DNA of 64,000 bases, from positions 320,001 to 384,000 of the forward strand of contig JAUQPB010000001.1 of assembly GCA_030550585.1 (NCBI GenBank), in the 5' to 3' direction. Every line of letters begins with the position of its first letter. Position 1 is the first letter of the stretch. The notes beneath the pieces were generated by a model. That model was not told where the DNA came from. It searched no databases and saw only the letters and a list, made by a program, of their open reading frames with translations. A program made the translations under genes and the position numbers. Below, in pieces: positions 1-9,584 of this stretch. The DNA is from Thermoproteota archaeon. Lineage in GTDB: Archaea; Thermoproteota; Thermoprotei_A; Sulfolobales; Ignisphaeraceae.

Positions 1-357
1 GGGTGCAAATCCTGTGAAGCTAATTGCCCCACCCAAGCAATACAAGTTGTGGAAATGGATGGTAGAACTGTTCCGGTAGTCAAAAACAAGAATAAGTGCA
101 TAAGATGTAAATTCTGTGTGTATAACTGCCCTGTTGCAGAGGTTTATGTTGAGCACGTTATTACACCTCTAATATTTGATGATGCTGAAGCTTGGAGGAG
201 GCCGAGCAGAGAACATCACAATGAGGTGCTCAAAAAAATTAAGAGCTTTGTTAAAGCTACTCTCAATATCTCATCAATGTCCATGCCAAGCAGCGCCAAC
301 AAGAATAGACAGGACTATACCCTGTCAACAACACTAAACGAGTTCTTTTCATATTGA
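1..357 (+). CDS. 2x[4Fe-4S] ferredoxin-like protein (NuoI/MbhN-like), 5' truncated by window edge
   Basis: Frame +1 is open from base 1: GCKSCEANCPTQAI...KCIRCKFCVYNCP, giving two CxxCxxCxxxCP motifs (the first is cut by the edge). Confidence 0.8.
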   Translation, partial: GCKSCEANCPTQAIQVVEMDGRTVPVVKNKNKCIRCKFCVYNCPVAEVYVEHVITPLIFDDAEAWRRPSREHHNEVLKKIKSFVKATLNISSMSMPSSANKNRQDYTLSTTLNEFFSY

Positions 358-372
358 CAAAGGTAAGATCCT

Positions 373-936
373 ATGAAACCTTCCCAAAAATTTTTGGAGG
401 AGGCAAGTAAAAGGGTAGAGCCTTTATATGCTCAAGGATTTTTCTATGTATCTCTAAACTACATATCATACTACATTGTATTTGACTATGATGATCCCCT
501 CGGATACTATGATACCATAGTTAGAAATCCAGAACTTTTTGACGAGGAGGTTGCAAAACTTTCAGCAAATATGCAACAGTTCCTAGATGCTGAAATTGTT
601 AAGGTAAATAATGTGAGGGTTTCTCCAAGGGTTGTCATGCTAGATATTGGGTTTAGAAAAAGTAGGAAAAACCCATATATAGTTTTCTTGATAAGGTTTC
701 GAGCTCCTATAAGAAAAGGGTTGAACACATATGAGAATGTGTATGAGAGTGAAACAGCAGAATATGACTATGTGGCTTACTGGGTTTTTCCACCAGGTTC
801 GAAGATTTTGAATGTAAGATTTGGCGAAGGGGGAGAGAAGTGGGACGTTGTAGGAGACAACGTCTTGGCTATATATGGTTGGAAAGGAATGAAAACTAGT
901 GGCTATGAGTACATAGAGTTCGAGATTACGGATTAG
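373..936 (+). CDS. hypothetical protein
   Basis: 187-aa ORF in an operon-like run; no recognised motif. Confidence 0.7.
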   Translation: MKPSQKFLEEASKRVEPLYAQGFFYVSLNYISYYIVFDYDDPLGYYDTIVRNPELFDEEVAKLSANMQQFLDAEIVKVNNVRVSPRVVMLDIGFRKSRKNPYIVFLIRFRAPIRKGLNTYENVYESETAEYDYVAYWVFPPGSKILNVRFGEGGEKWDVVGDNVLAIYGWKGMKTSGYEYIEFEITD

Positions 937-940
937 CAAG

Positions 941-1690
941 ATGATGACAATGAATTCAACACAATCAGAGATTATAAGGAAGATTATACATACAATATTC
1001 ACACTTTTGTTGTTAATACCTCTTTCTACCCCTTATAAGAGTTTGTTTGGCAATATGCTTAGCGTATTCCGAAATATAGACCCAACACTACTAACATACT
1101 CTATACTCCTTTTTGTGTCGGCATTCATCAATACCATTCAAATAAAAATGCCTTATATGCGCATGCCTATACTTAGTATATTTAGAGAATACAGAAAAAA
1201 GATATTGGAATACATATCATCATCGCAGCTTAACATCCCATTAGGTGAAATTGTCAAAGAGTTAGATAGGATTTTTAGTAGATATGAGGATCATTTAACC
1301 AGTTTTATTGATAGAATTGAGAGGGATTATGAAAAAAGATATGGATATGTTAGCGTAACATTTGCTTTAATATCAATATTTCTAAGCTATGCTCTATTTG
1401 GAGATGATGCCTATGTGGGGATACTGGCACTAGCAATAACAGATAGTGTTACCTCTATTGTGACAATACTCGACAGAAGAGGCAGAAAAGTTTTTAAGCA
1501 TACAGTAAAATCTTATGCAATTGCGTTTCTCGTATTTGCCTTCTTCTTGGTTCTTGCAACAAAAAATGTTCTCGTGTCAATGCTGATTTCTATGATAGCT
1601 GTAGTTACAGAGATGTTTAGCCCTGAAGATAATTTGACTATCCCATTGATAACAACACTTGCATTCTCTGCTCTAAGAGGGTTTTCTTGA
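941..1690 (+). CDS. dolichol/polyprenol kinase-like membrane protein (CTP-transferase family)
   Basis: RKIIH at N-terminus, several TM helices, DS..SIV and C-terminal EDNLTIP motifs. Confidence 0.7.
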   Translation: MMTMNSTQSEIIRKIIHTIFTLLLLIPLSTPYKSLFGNMLSVFRNIDPTLLTYSILLFVSAFINTIQIKMPYMRMPILSIFREYRKKILEYISSSQLNIPLGEIVKELDRIFSRYEDHLTSFIDRIERDYEKRYGYVSVTFALISIFLSYALFGDDAYVGILALAITDSVTSIVTILDRRGRKVFKHTVKSYAIAFLVFAFFLVLATKNVLVSMLISMIAVVTEMFSPEDNLTIPLITTLAFSALRGFS

Positions 1691-1739
1691 CCTAAGTTTT
1701 TAAATCTCCCTCAGCTAATATCAGAGCGTGTGAAGATCT

Positions 1740-2090
1740 ATGAGCGACAAGCAGTCTTCGCAACAAGAGGTAATTGATATAGAGTACTTCAAGAAAATTG
1801 ATCTTAGAGTAGGTGTTGTAAAGCATGCAGAGAAGGTGCCTGGAGCTAAAAAGCTACTAAGATTGTTAGTTGACATAGGCTCGGAAACCCGACAGATAAT
1901 TGCTGGCTTAGCTGAGTGGTATAAACCAGAGGATCTCATAGGAAAGCAGGTAATTATTGTAGCTAATCTAAAGCCTAAGAAAATCATGAATTATGAGAGC
2001 CAAGGAATGTTGCTAGCTACATGCGATGGAGATAAACCATTGCTAGCTACTGTAGATGGTACAGCAAAACCCGGTTCAAAGCTCTGTTAA
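1740..2090 (+). CDS. tRNA-binding OB-fold protein (Trbp111 / MetRS C-terminal-like)
   Basis: DLRVG...KLL.L.VD.G..RQI.AG...ANLKP.K....SQGMLLA. Confidence 0.9.
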   Translation: MSDKQSSQQEVIDIEYFKKIDLRVGVVKHAEKVPGAKKLLRLLVDIGSETRQIIAGLAEWYKPEDLIGKQVIIVANLKPKKIMNYESQGMLLATCDGDKPLLATVDGTAKPGSKLC

Positions 2091-2162
2091 CATTCAATGC
2101 AATGCTTAAAATCTATATTAATTATTTAACCCATTTTTAAGAGTTTATCTCCTAACTCTGCG

Positions 2163-5138
2163 TTGGGGGTGGTAACATTATCTAGTACACCAAATCTCAA
2201 GGGCAGGTATGAACCTACAAAAGTTGAGCAGTGGGTTTTAGATTTTTGGAGGCTAAACAGTATTTATGATAAGGTTAAGAATGAAAGTTGCTCCCAGAAT
2301 GCACCACTGTTCAGATTCTTAGAGGGACCACCAACAGCTAATGGCTTTATGCATGTCGGTCATGCAAGAGGGAGGACATTCAAAGATATTGTTTTGAGAT
2401 ACAGTAGAATGCATGGTTATTGTGTATGGGATCAGGCTGGCTGGGATACACAGGGATTGCCTGTAGAACTCGAGGTTGAGAAAAACCTCAAGTTCAAGTC
2501 AAAAAAAGACATAGAGATGTATGGTATAGACAAGTTTATCCAAGAATGCCAGAAACTTGTTGATTACTATATTAGCCACTGGCGCAAAGCCAGCGAGCGC
2601 TTAGGGCTATGGCTAGACTACGATAATGCCTATGAGACTAGACATCCAAGGTATGTAGAAACTGTGTGGAGGTTTCTTAAACACAGTTGGGAAAGGGGGC
2701 TTCTCTACGAGGACTATAGAGTAATACCCGTATGCCCAAGATGTGAAACGGCTTTGAGCTCACATGAAGTTGCATTGGGTTATAAGCTCGTCAAAGACCC
2801 CAGTCTCTATTTTAAGATTAAGCTAGTTGATGATAATGTATACCTCGTTGCATGGACAACCACACCATGGACTATAATAGCCAACGAGGCCTTGGCAGTC
2901 CATCCAAACGAAAAGTACGTTAAAATAAGGGTTGGAAACGAGTACTGGATAGTCGCAGAAAAAAGACTAAAACCATTTGTAGACGAGGTTAAGATAAGCG
3001 ATTTTGAAGTTATTGAAACATTTCCTGGATCAATGCTATTCAATAAGAAGTATGTTCATCCATTGTTAGAGGAGGTGCCTGCACATAAACTCCATGAGCC
3101 ATCAAACCACAAGGTCTTGATAGCTGAATGGGTTAGTATGGAAGATGGTACAGGAATAGTACACATAGCACCTGCTCACGGTCCAGAAGATTATGAGCTT
3201 GGTAAAAAATATGGTCTTATTGTTTTCAAACCAATTCAAAAGAATGGTTTGTTCACTGAGGAGGCTGGGAAGTATAGTGGGAAGTGGTTCAAGGATGTAA
3301 ATAAGGATGTTATAGAGGATCTACGAAGAAAAGGTCTTCTTGTCTATGCTGGTGAGATAGAACATGAATATCCGCATTGCTGGCGATGTGAAACACCATT
3401 AATGTACTATGCTGATAGACAATGGTTCTTAAGAATAGACCCTATAAAGAATGCAATGATGGATGAAAACAGAAAGGTTGTGTGGCATCCAGACTGGGCT
3501 GGAAAGAGGTTTGAGGATTGGATAGCCAATGCTAGAGATTGGTGCATATCGAGAGAGAGGTATTGGGGAACCCCCCTACCCGTGTGGACATGCTCAAAAT
3601 GCGGTTATAGAATAGCCGTGGGAAGCATTGAAGAGTTAGAGAAGCTTAGTGGAACTAAGGTCATAGATGTTCACAGGCCTTGGATAGACAAAATCGTTTT
3701 GAAATGTCCAAAATGCGGAGCAGAGATGTATAGAGAGCCTTTTGTTGTTGATGTCTGGATGGACAGCGGAATGGCCCATACAGCAGCACTTAATCAAATA
3801 GGTAAGTATGACATGTTTAAAAAACTGTTCCCCTACGACTGGATCACGGAGGCGATAGACCAGACAAGAGGATGGTTCTACACACTCTTATTTACATCTG
3901 TTTCGCTATATGGTGCAACACCCTATAAAAAGGTTCTATGCCAAGGTCATGTCCTAGACAAATATGGGAAGAAGATGAGTAAGAGTAGAGGAAATGTGAT
4001 TTGGGCTCTAGATTTTATGGAAAAGAAGGGGGCAGATATATTAAGGCTTTATCTAACATCGAAAGCTGCTCCATGGGATAACATTAATTTTGATCCTGAT
4101 GAAACTGAAGATATAAGGTCGGTTCTGAATATACTATGGAATGCAACCAACTTTGCTGATACGTATATGTCGCTAGATAAATGGAATGCTGACAGCCTCT
4201 ACGAAGATATCAAATATCTGATGCCTGAAGACCATTGGATACTGTACGAGGTTAGCAATCTAATAAATGTTGTGGAGAAAGCTGTTGAAGAAAATGATTT
4301 GCATATAGCTTCAAGAGCTATTCTAAACTTCATCACAGAAACCCTTAGTCATCGCTATATAACTATTATAAGGCCTAGGGTATGGATTGAGGGAGAGGCA
4401 AAGGAGAAGAAGGCAGCATATGCAACACTGTTTTTAGCTCTTTCAACTCTATACAAAATCCTAGCACCTTTTGCGCCATTCATTTCAGAATACCTATATC
4501 AAGCATTTACAAGAAAATATGGCAGTAGGATTTCTAAGGAAAGTGTTCACTTAGAAAAATGGCCTAAACTGGACATCGAAATAGATAAAAACCTGTGGAA
4601 TGCTGTCAACAACATGTTTACAATAGCTGATGAAATTCTTGCATTACGTGCCAAACATAATGTAAAGAGAAGATGGCCTCTGAGGAAGGTTTGGATAAGG
4701 GTTAGCAACAATGAAGAATATGCTTTAGTGAATAAAGTGAAGCATATAATTCAAATATATGCGAATATAAAGGAGCTTGAAGTTGGAGACAACACACTTC
4801 GCATTGATCCAAAAGCTGTTAAGGTGTGTGAAAAGCCATATGAAACATTCATGGATATCACATTAGATGAAGATACTATTCTCGAAGGCTTGGCAAGAGA
4901 CTTCATTAGAAGAGTGCAGATGTATAGAAAAGAGCTTAATCTACCTGTAGACCATGTAATACAAGAAATTGTTGTCTACTCTCCATCAGAGATGATTGTC
5001 AAGGCCATAGAAAAACATAGCAAATATATCGCAAATGAGGTAAGAGCGGCCACGCTAACAATATCGTCTACAAAACCTGAGGGTGCAATCCATTGGAGTA
5101 TAGAAGAAAATGATATATATGTTGTTGTAAAGACATAG
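2163..5138 (+). CDS. ileS: isoleucyl-tRNA synthetase
   Basis: EGPPTANG, HVGH, GWDTQGLPVE, WTTTPWT, GTGIVH, DQTRGWF, KMSKS. Confidence 0.97.
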   Translation: MGVVTLSSTPNLKGRYEPTKVEQWVLDFWRLNSIYDKVKNESCSQNAPLFRFLEGPPTANGFMHVGHARGRTFKDIVLRYSRMHGYCVWDQAGWDTQGLPVELEVEKNLKFKSKKDIEMYGIDKFIQECQKLVDYYISHWRKASERLGLWLDYDNAYETRHPRYVETVWRFLKHSWERGLLYEDYRVIPVCPRCETALSSHEVALGYKLVKDPSLYFKIKLVDDNVYLVAWTTTPWTIIANEALAVHPNEKYVKIRVGNEYWIVAEKRLKPFVDEVKISDFEVIETFPGSMLFNKKYVHPLLEEVPAHKLHEPSNHKVLIAEWVSMEDGTGIVHIAPAHGPEDYELGKKYGLIVFKPIQKNGLFTEEAGKYSGKWFKDVNKDVIEDLRRKGLLVYAGEIEHEYPHCWRCETPLMYYADRQWFLRIDPIKNAMMDENRKVVWHPDWAGKRFEDWIANARDWCISRERYWGTPLPVWTCSKCGYRIAVGSIEELEKLSGTKVIDVHRPWIDKIVLKCPKCGAEMYREPFVVDVWMDSGMAHTAALNQIGKYDMFKKLFPYDWITEAIDQTRGWFYTLLFTSVSLYGATPYKKVLCQGHVLDKYGKKMSKSRGNVIWALDFMEKKGADILRLYLTSKAAPWDNINFDPDETEDIRSVLNILWNATNFADTYMSLDKWNADSLYEDIKYLMPEDHWILYEVSNLINVVEKAVEENDLHIASRAILNFITETLSHRYITIIRPRVWIEGEAKEKKAAYATLFLALSTLYKILAPFAPFISEYLYQAFTRKYGSRISKESVHLEKWPKLDIEIDKNLWNAVNNMFTIADEILALRAKHNVKRRWPLRKVWIRVSNNEEYALVNKVKHIIQIYANIKELEVGDNTLRIDPKAVKVCEKPYETFMDITLDEDTILEGLARDFIRRVQMYRKELNLPVDHVIQEIVVYSPSEMIVKAIEKHSKYIANEVRAATLTISSTKPEGAIHWSIEENDIYVVVKT

Positions 5139-5158
5139 ATTCGGTGGCACACTAGACA

Positions 5159-5692
5159 ATGAAGATCTATAAAATGCCTGATGAACTGAGAAAAAGACTT
5201 TCATCTCCTCAATTATTTAATAAAAATCTCATTGTTTTGAAGGGGCCTAGAGAATATGTTGCTACTATACTCAAATCCATTTTTTATGACAAATTACAAG
5301 ATGTTTATGTGGTAGGAGACTACACTTGTGAAACATTTCTACTCTATGTAGGCATACCAAGAATGTGTATAATAGATGGAAATATCATGAGAAAACCGCA
5401 TAAGCCAGAACACATGCTAAATTATTTTGAACATATTACTAGATGCTATAATCCAAGAGGTTCAATATCCATTGATTGTATAAATGCTATCAAAGGCTCC
5501 ATGGAAAAGCCAAGAAGCCTTATAATAGTAGATGGTGAAGAGGATCTACTTGCCTTGTTTTTACAAACAAACCTTCTAAAAGGCTATGTAGCCTATGGCT
5601 TACCCAACGAAGGTGTTGCTATAGCTGATGTTACATACTCAAACGTAGGAGCGATAAACATATTCTCCGAATTTCAACTTTATGAAACATAG
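5159..5692 (+). CDS. GTP-dependent dephospho-CoA kinase family (DUF359)
   Basis: VGD, IIDG, NPRGSI, VDGEEDLLAL, YGLPNEG motifs. Confidence 0.85.
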   Translation: MKIYKMPDELRKRLSSPQLFNKNLIVLKGPREYVATILKSIFYDKLQDVYVVGDYTCETFLLYVGIPRMCIIDGNIMRKPHKPEHMLNYFEHITRCYNPRGSISIDCINAIKGSMEKPRSLIIVDGEEDLLALFLQTNLLKGYVAYGLPNEGVAIADVTYSNVGAINIFSEFQLYET

Positions 5693-5717
5693 TTTTGCGT
5701 AGAGAGGACAAAAATTT

Positions 5718-6383
5718 ATGGCAAATTATAGTGATGTTTTAATAGGTTTTATAGAGAGATTTAAGATAAGTGTAAGCCACATTGACGAACTTTGCTATGA
5801 ATTTTATGCACTATTCAAAGACGACGCCATTTCAATTGCAATAGAGAGACCTAGCTGCTCAAGAATTGTCATAGTAGGGAAGGATTTTGAGGTGAGGGTG
5901 TATATGTCGCCAAGTGGTGAAGGAACCTTGGCAACATTTGTCAACGCCAAAAACGATATTCAAATTGTTGTAGGTAATTTAAAAAAGTTCTTGACATCCC
6001 TCAACAAAATCCTGCTATCTCTATCAAACATTGTAGAAGAGCCTACAATTATACTTCGAATGATTATAACACTAAAGTCCGAGACTGTAGCTCATATACT
6101 ACAGATTTTTAAGGATTTGGGAATGGTTGTAGAAGCCATTGATAAAAAACTCATAAACGATTTTAATGTGACAATTATTAAAGGTTTCTATATAGGGAAG
6201 AATCTAAGAAGGCATCAAGCAACAGTATCTATGATAACAAATGAGAGAACTGAAATTGGTATAACCATAGAATCAAAAGTACAGCCAGAGATTTTATACA
6301 GAGATAATGTGTTTCGTGAATTAATTGTAGAACTGTACAACGCGTTGACACATTTTGGAGAATTGCTATCAAACAAAGGTTAG
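5718..6383 (+). CDS. hypothetical protein
   Basis: 221-aa ORF, co-oriented with neighbours; no motif. Confidence 0.6.
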   Translation: MANYSDVLIGFIERFKISVSHIDELCYEFYALFKDDAISIAIERPSCSRIVIVGKDFEVRVYMSPSGEGTLATFVNAKNDIQIVVGNLKKFLTSLNKILLSLSNIVEEPTIILRMIITLKSETVAHILQIFKDLGMVVEAIDKKLINDFNVTIIKGFYIGKNLRRHQATVSMITNERTEIGITIESKVQPEILYRDNVFRELIVELYNALTHFGELLSNKG

Positions 6384-6561
6384 TTTCTCAACAATTTCTA
6401 GACACCTTCACAACGAGAATTGTGCCCAAAGGCTTCACACCAACAAATTTGATTTAACATAGTTGTTTTGCTAAACATCGTTTTAAATTCATCGTGAAAA
6501 TGCTTATATATCCCTAGTCACCATAGAGACGATGCTCACAATATTTTATGTGTGAAATGGA

Positions 6562-6960
6562 ATGCATGAATGGGCTTTGGCAGAATCCATTATTTTGACG
6601 CTTGTGGAGAAGGCTAAAAGCGAGAACAAAAACGTTATTGAAAGTGTGGAAATAGTTGTTGGGGAACTGCAGGGAATAGATATTGAGGTTTTTGAGTTTG
6701 CTCTTAATGAATTGAGGAATCTTGCAAAAGAGGAGAACAACATTATTATAAAGAATTTTAGAATTGTTGAGGAGAAGGCAAGTTTTAGATGCAATAGATG
6801 TGGTTATGTCTGGAAGCTAGACGACACAAGCCTAAGTGCTGAGGCTAGAGAATCCATACATTTTATACCTGAGGCTGCACATGGGTTTATACAATGTCCT
6901 AAATGCGGTTCTCATGATTTTGAAATAGTTAGTGGGAGAGGGGTTTATATAAGGTTATGA
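6562..6960 (+). CDS. hypA: hydrogenase nickel incorporation protein HypA
   Basis: MHE N-terminus, CxxC...CPxCGS zinc site. Confidence 0.95.
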   Translation: MHEWALAESIILTLVEKAKSENKNVIESVEIVVGELQGIDIEVFEFALNELRNLAKEENNIIIKNFRIVEEKASFRCNRCGYVWKLDDTSLSAEARESIHFIPEAAHGFIQCPKCGSHDFEIVSGRGVYIRL

Positions 6961-7737
6961 GTGGTGGTTGATATGGCAATAGATCCTAGGGCAGCTGCTA
7001 TAAAGAAGAATTTAGAGAAATTTGATGCTTTTGTTGCTGTAATGAGTTCTAAGGGTGGAGTTGGAAAAACATTTTCAGTAGCTATACTAGCCTACATACT
7101 AGCAAATAATTATGATGTTTCTGTCTCTCTGCTGGACATGGATTTAACAAACCCAACTCTTCACATGGTTCTAGGTCTAGATATGAAAAGTGTTAAAATA
7201 GAGGAAGAGAAGGGTATAAGACCATTCAAAGTTTCCGCAAAGATGGAGTTAATGACCATGGCGTACTTTGTACAGGAATCTTCTATACCTCTTAGAGGAA
7301 AAGAGATTGAGAATGCTGTTAGAGAGATCCTCTCAATAACTAAATGGAATGGCAATATACTTCTCGTTGACATGCCACCAGGGTTCTCAGATTCTCATCT
7401 CGAATTCCTCAGATTATTTACATTATCTAAGACACTGATAATCCTAGTTACAACACCACAGCTGTTAGCACTCAAATCTGTAGAAAAACTTGCAATCAGT
7501 TTACTACAAGAGAGAGCTCCTGTTGCCGGCATCATGGGTAATATGTGCATGGATGTGTCCGAGGACGAGAAAATACGCAAAACGGCGACACAACTCAACT
7601 TAGATTATCTTGGCTGCATACCATATATAGCTGGTATTGAGAACTACTATGGATCTAGGCTGGCCGAAATAATACATCGTATTGAACCATCAATTAAAAA
7701 AGCTGTAGAGGTTATTGTCAAGCGTGGTAAAAGATGA
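6961..7737 (+). CDS. Mrp/MinD-family P-loop ATPase (probable archaeal ATPase-type HypB)
   Basis: SSKGGVGKT, DMDL, DMPPG, VTTP; abuts hypA. Confidence 0.85.
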   Translation: MVVDMAIDPRAAAIKKNLEKFDAFVAVMSSKGGVGKTFSVAILAYILANNYDVSVSLLDMDLTNPTLHMVLGLDMKSVKIEEEKGIRPFKVSAKMELMTMAYFVQESSIPLRGKEIENAVREILSITKWNGNILLVDMPPGFSDSHLEFLRLFTLSKTLIILVTTPQLLALKSVEKLAISLLQERAPVAGIMGNMCMDVSEDEKIRKTATQLNLDYLGCIPYIAGIENYYGSRLAEIIHRIEPSIKKAVEVIVKRGKR

Positions 7738-8228
7738 TAAAAAAGCTTAGTATTGGAGATGCTTGTGAGTTTCTACGCAATATAATGTCATCTAAGTATT
7801 TGTTGGTGTGCATAGGAACATTTCTAAGGGGGGACGACAGGGCTTGTTTAGAGTTTTGCAACCTTCTTAAAAAATACGGCATCTATGATAGCATTGTTGA
7901 ATGTGAATTTGGCTTAGAGAATTGTGTGTATGAAATTAAGGAGAGGAATTCTAATAATATTGCTATTTGCGATGCTGCAATCTCAGATTCTATTGAACCT
8001 GGGTATATTGTTTCACTAGATTTGGAGGATGTTAATGAGGATGTTGTTTTTGTGTCAACACATTCAATCCCATTATCACTCTCAATAGAATTGCTTAGAG
8101 AGAACATTTCTAGGGGTGACATTAAGCTCTTTGGTATTGTTGTAGAGAACCTCGATTTTGGAACAGAGCTAAGTCCTGTGGTTTCAAAAACTATCAATGA
8201 AATTATAGAATGTTTAGCAAAATCCTAG
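7734..8228 (+). CDS. hycI: hydrogenase maturation protease (HycI-like)
   Basis: IG..LRGDD, DAA, STHSIPL, LSP.V. Confidence 0.85.
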   Translation: MIKKLSIGDACEFLRNIMSSKYLLVCIGTFLRGDDRACLEFCNLLKKYGIYDSIVECEFGLENCVYEIKERNSNNIAICDAAISDSIEPGYIVSLDLEDVNEDVVFVSTHSIPLSLSIELLRENISRGDIKLFGIVVENLDFGTELSPVVSKTINEIIECLAKS

Positions 8229-8245
8229 GTAATTTTACACCAATC

Positions 8246-9409
8246 TTAAAATAGCTTGTATAGTTCTAGTAAAATGTTTATCAACATCTTTTCATGTTTA
8301 TCGAAATACTCTAGGTTTTTTACTTCGAATTCAATAGTTCGATGCCTTGTCAATAGACTTATAATACGACCGTAAATTGAATTAGAAATGGTTTCCCACA
8401 AAAGCTTCTTTATGTAGTATTGTCTTCTAAGCTCTTTAGCCATGTTGTATAAACTATTCACAGCTTTTCTATCCTCTCTAATGACCAAATCTGGCAACAT
8501 TTTTGATGTAGAAGATATTGCATATAGACCTCCTCCACTAATGCTCTTTACCATAGCTACTGCATCTCCTATACAAATACTTTTGTCTTTTTTACTAAAG
8601 AATTCAATTGGATAGCCTATTAGCACGTTACCCCCATAGAAACCGCTGGTGTGCTCTTTTACATCAAACCCAACCACGTTGCTGAAGAATTTGACAACCT
8701 TTGTGTATATAGCTAGTGATGGAAATCCCTCACCAGCATAGCCTATAACAGCCTTTCCATCGCTGAATGGCACAAGCCATGCAAACCCATATCCAAATAT
8801 ATGCGGATCTATGTAAACATATAGAGTGTGTTCATCGGGCAAGGCCCCTCTTATAACATAATCCCTTTGAATTGCATGCAAGGAAGTAGAAAAGGATTTG
8901 CATCCAATTTTTGCTGAAAGCGTACCAGGATAGCCTTCAGCTACAACAACCTTGTCAAAGAGTTGTCTTTTAGCCGTAGCATTATTTCGATCATAAATCT
9001 CCACCTCAGCGCCGGCAGATTCTTCATTAATTTCTAAGACCGTTGACAGGGGATTTATTGACACGCCCAAATCTTTTATGTGTTGAATCAATGCAATTTC
9101 ATGTGCATATCTATCGATTTTATAGGCAACAAATCCTCTAAAACGAATATTGATTTGCGAGATCTTTCCATGTATACCGAGATAGAAGGCAACGTTATTG
9201 TATCTGCCGACGACAAAGTTGTTTGCATATGGCATATTCTCCAATGTGAGCCTTGATACAATACCTGTGCAATGCGCTCTTGGAAAGCTATCTCTTCTTT
9301 CAAATATGGTAACATTAACACCTTTTGTTATTAAATGATATGCTGAGAGCAAACCTGAAATTCCTGCTCCAATAACAGCTACATCCATTAAAATCATCTC
9401 TGTCAACAT
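8246..9409 (-). CDS. FAD-dependent oxidoreductase, geranylgeranyl reductase family
   Basis: VIGAGISG, FAWLVP, IGDAV..VK..SGGG. Confidence 0.85.
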   Translation of the reverse strand: MLTEMILMDVAVIGAGISGLLSAYHLITKGVNVTIFERRDSFPRAHCTGIVSRLTLENMPYANNFVVGRYNNVAFYLGIHGKISQINIRFRGFVAYKIDRYAHEIALIQHIKDLGVSINPLSTVLEINEESAGAEVEIYDRNNATAKRQLFDKVVVAEGYPGTLSAKIGCKSFSTSLHAIQRDYVIRGALPDEHTLYVYIDPHIFGYGFAWLVPFSDGKAVIGYAGEGFPSLAIYTKVVKFFSNVVGFDVKEHTSGFYGGNVLIGYPIEFFSKKDKSICIGDAVAMVKSISGGGLYAISSTSKMLPDLVIREDRKAVNSLYNMAKELRRQYYIKKLLWETISNSIYGRIISLLTRHRTIEFEVKNLEYFDKHEKMLINILLELYKLF

Positions 9410-9584
9410 TTTCGTTTTAAACCAGAGATAAGAGGTTAAGAGGTTTAGCTTTATTCTATTGCAACCCCAATCGATTTAATAGCAACAATTATATTACAGA
9501 TTAAAGTAACTTTCATTACAATATTTCAAGTAATAAATAAATTATACTATGCAATGCTAGAAACAGTATTCGAGGGATTGGTAT

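Noticed and set aside
1-15. GGGTGCAAATCC resembles a tRNA T-arm
   Set aside because: It lies in the ferredoxin frame (GCKSC) and has no acceptor stem or CCA context
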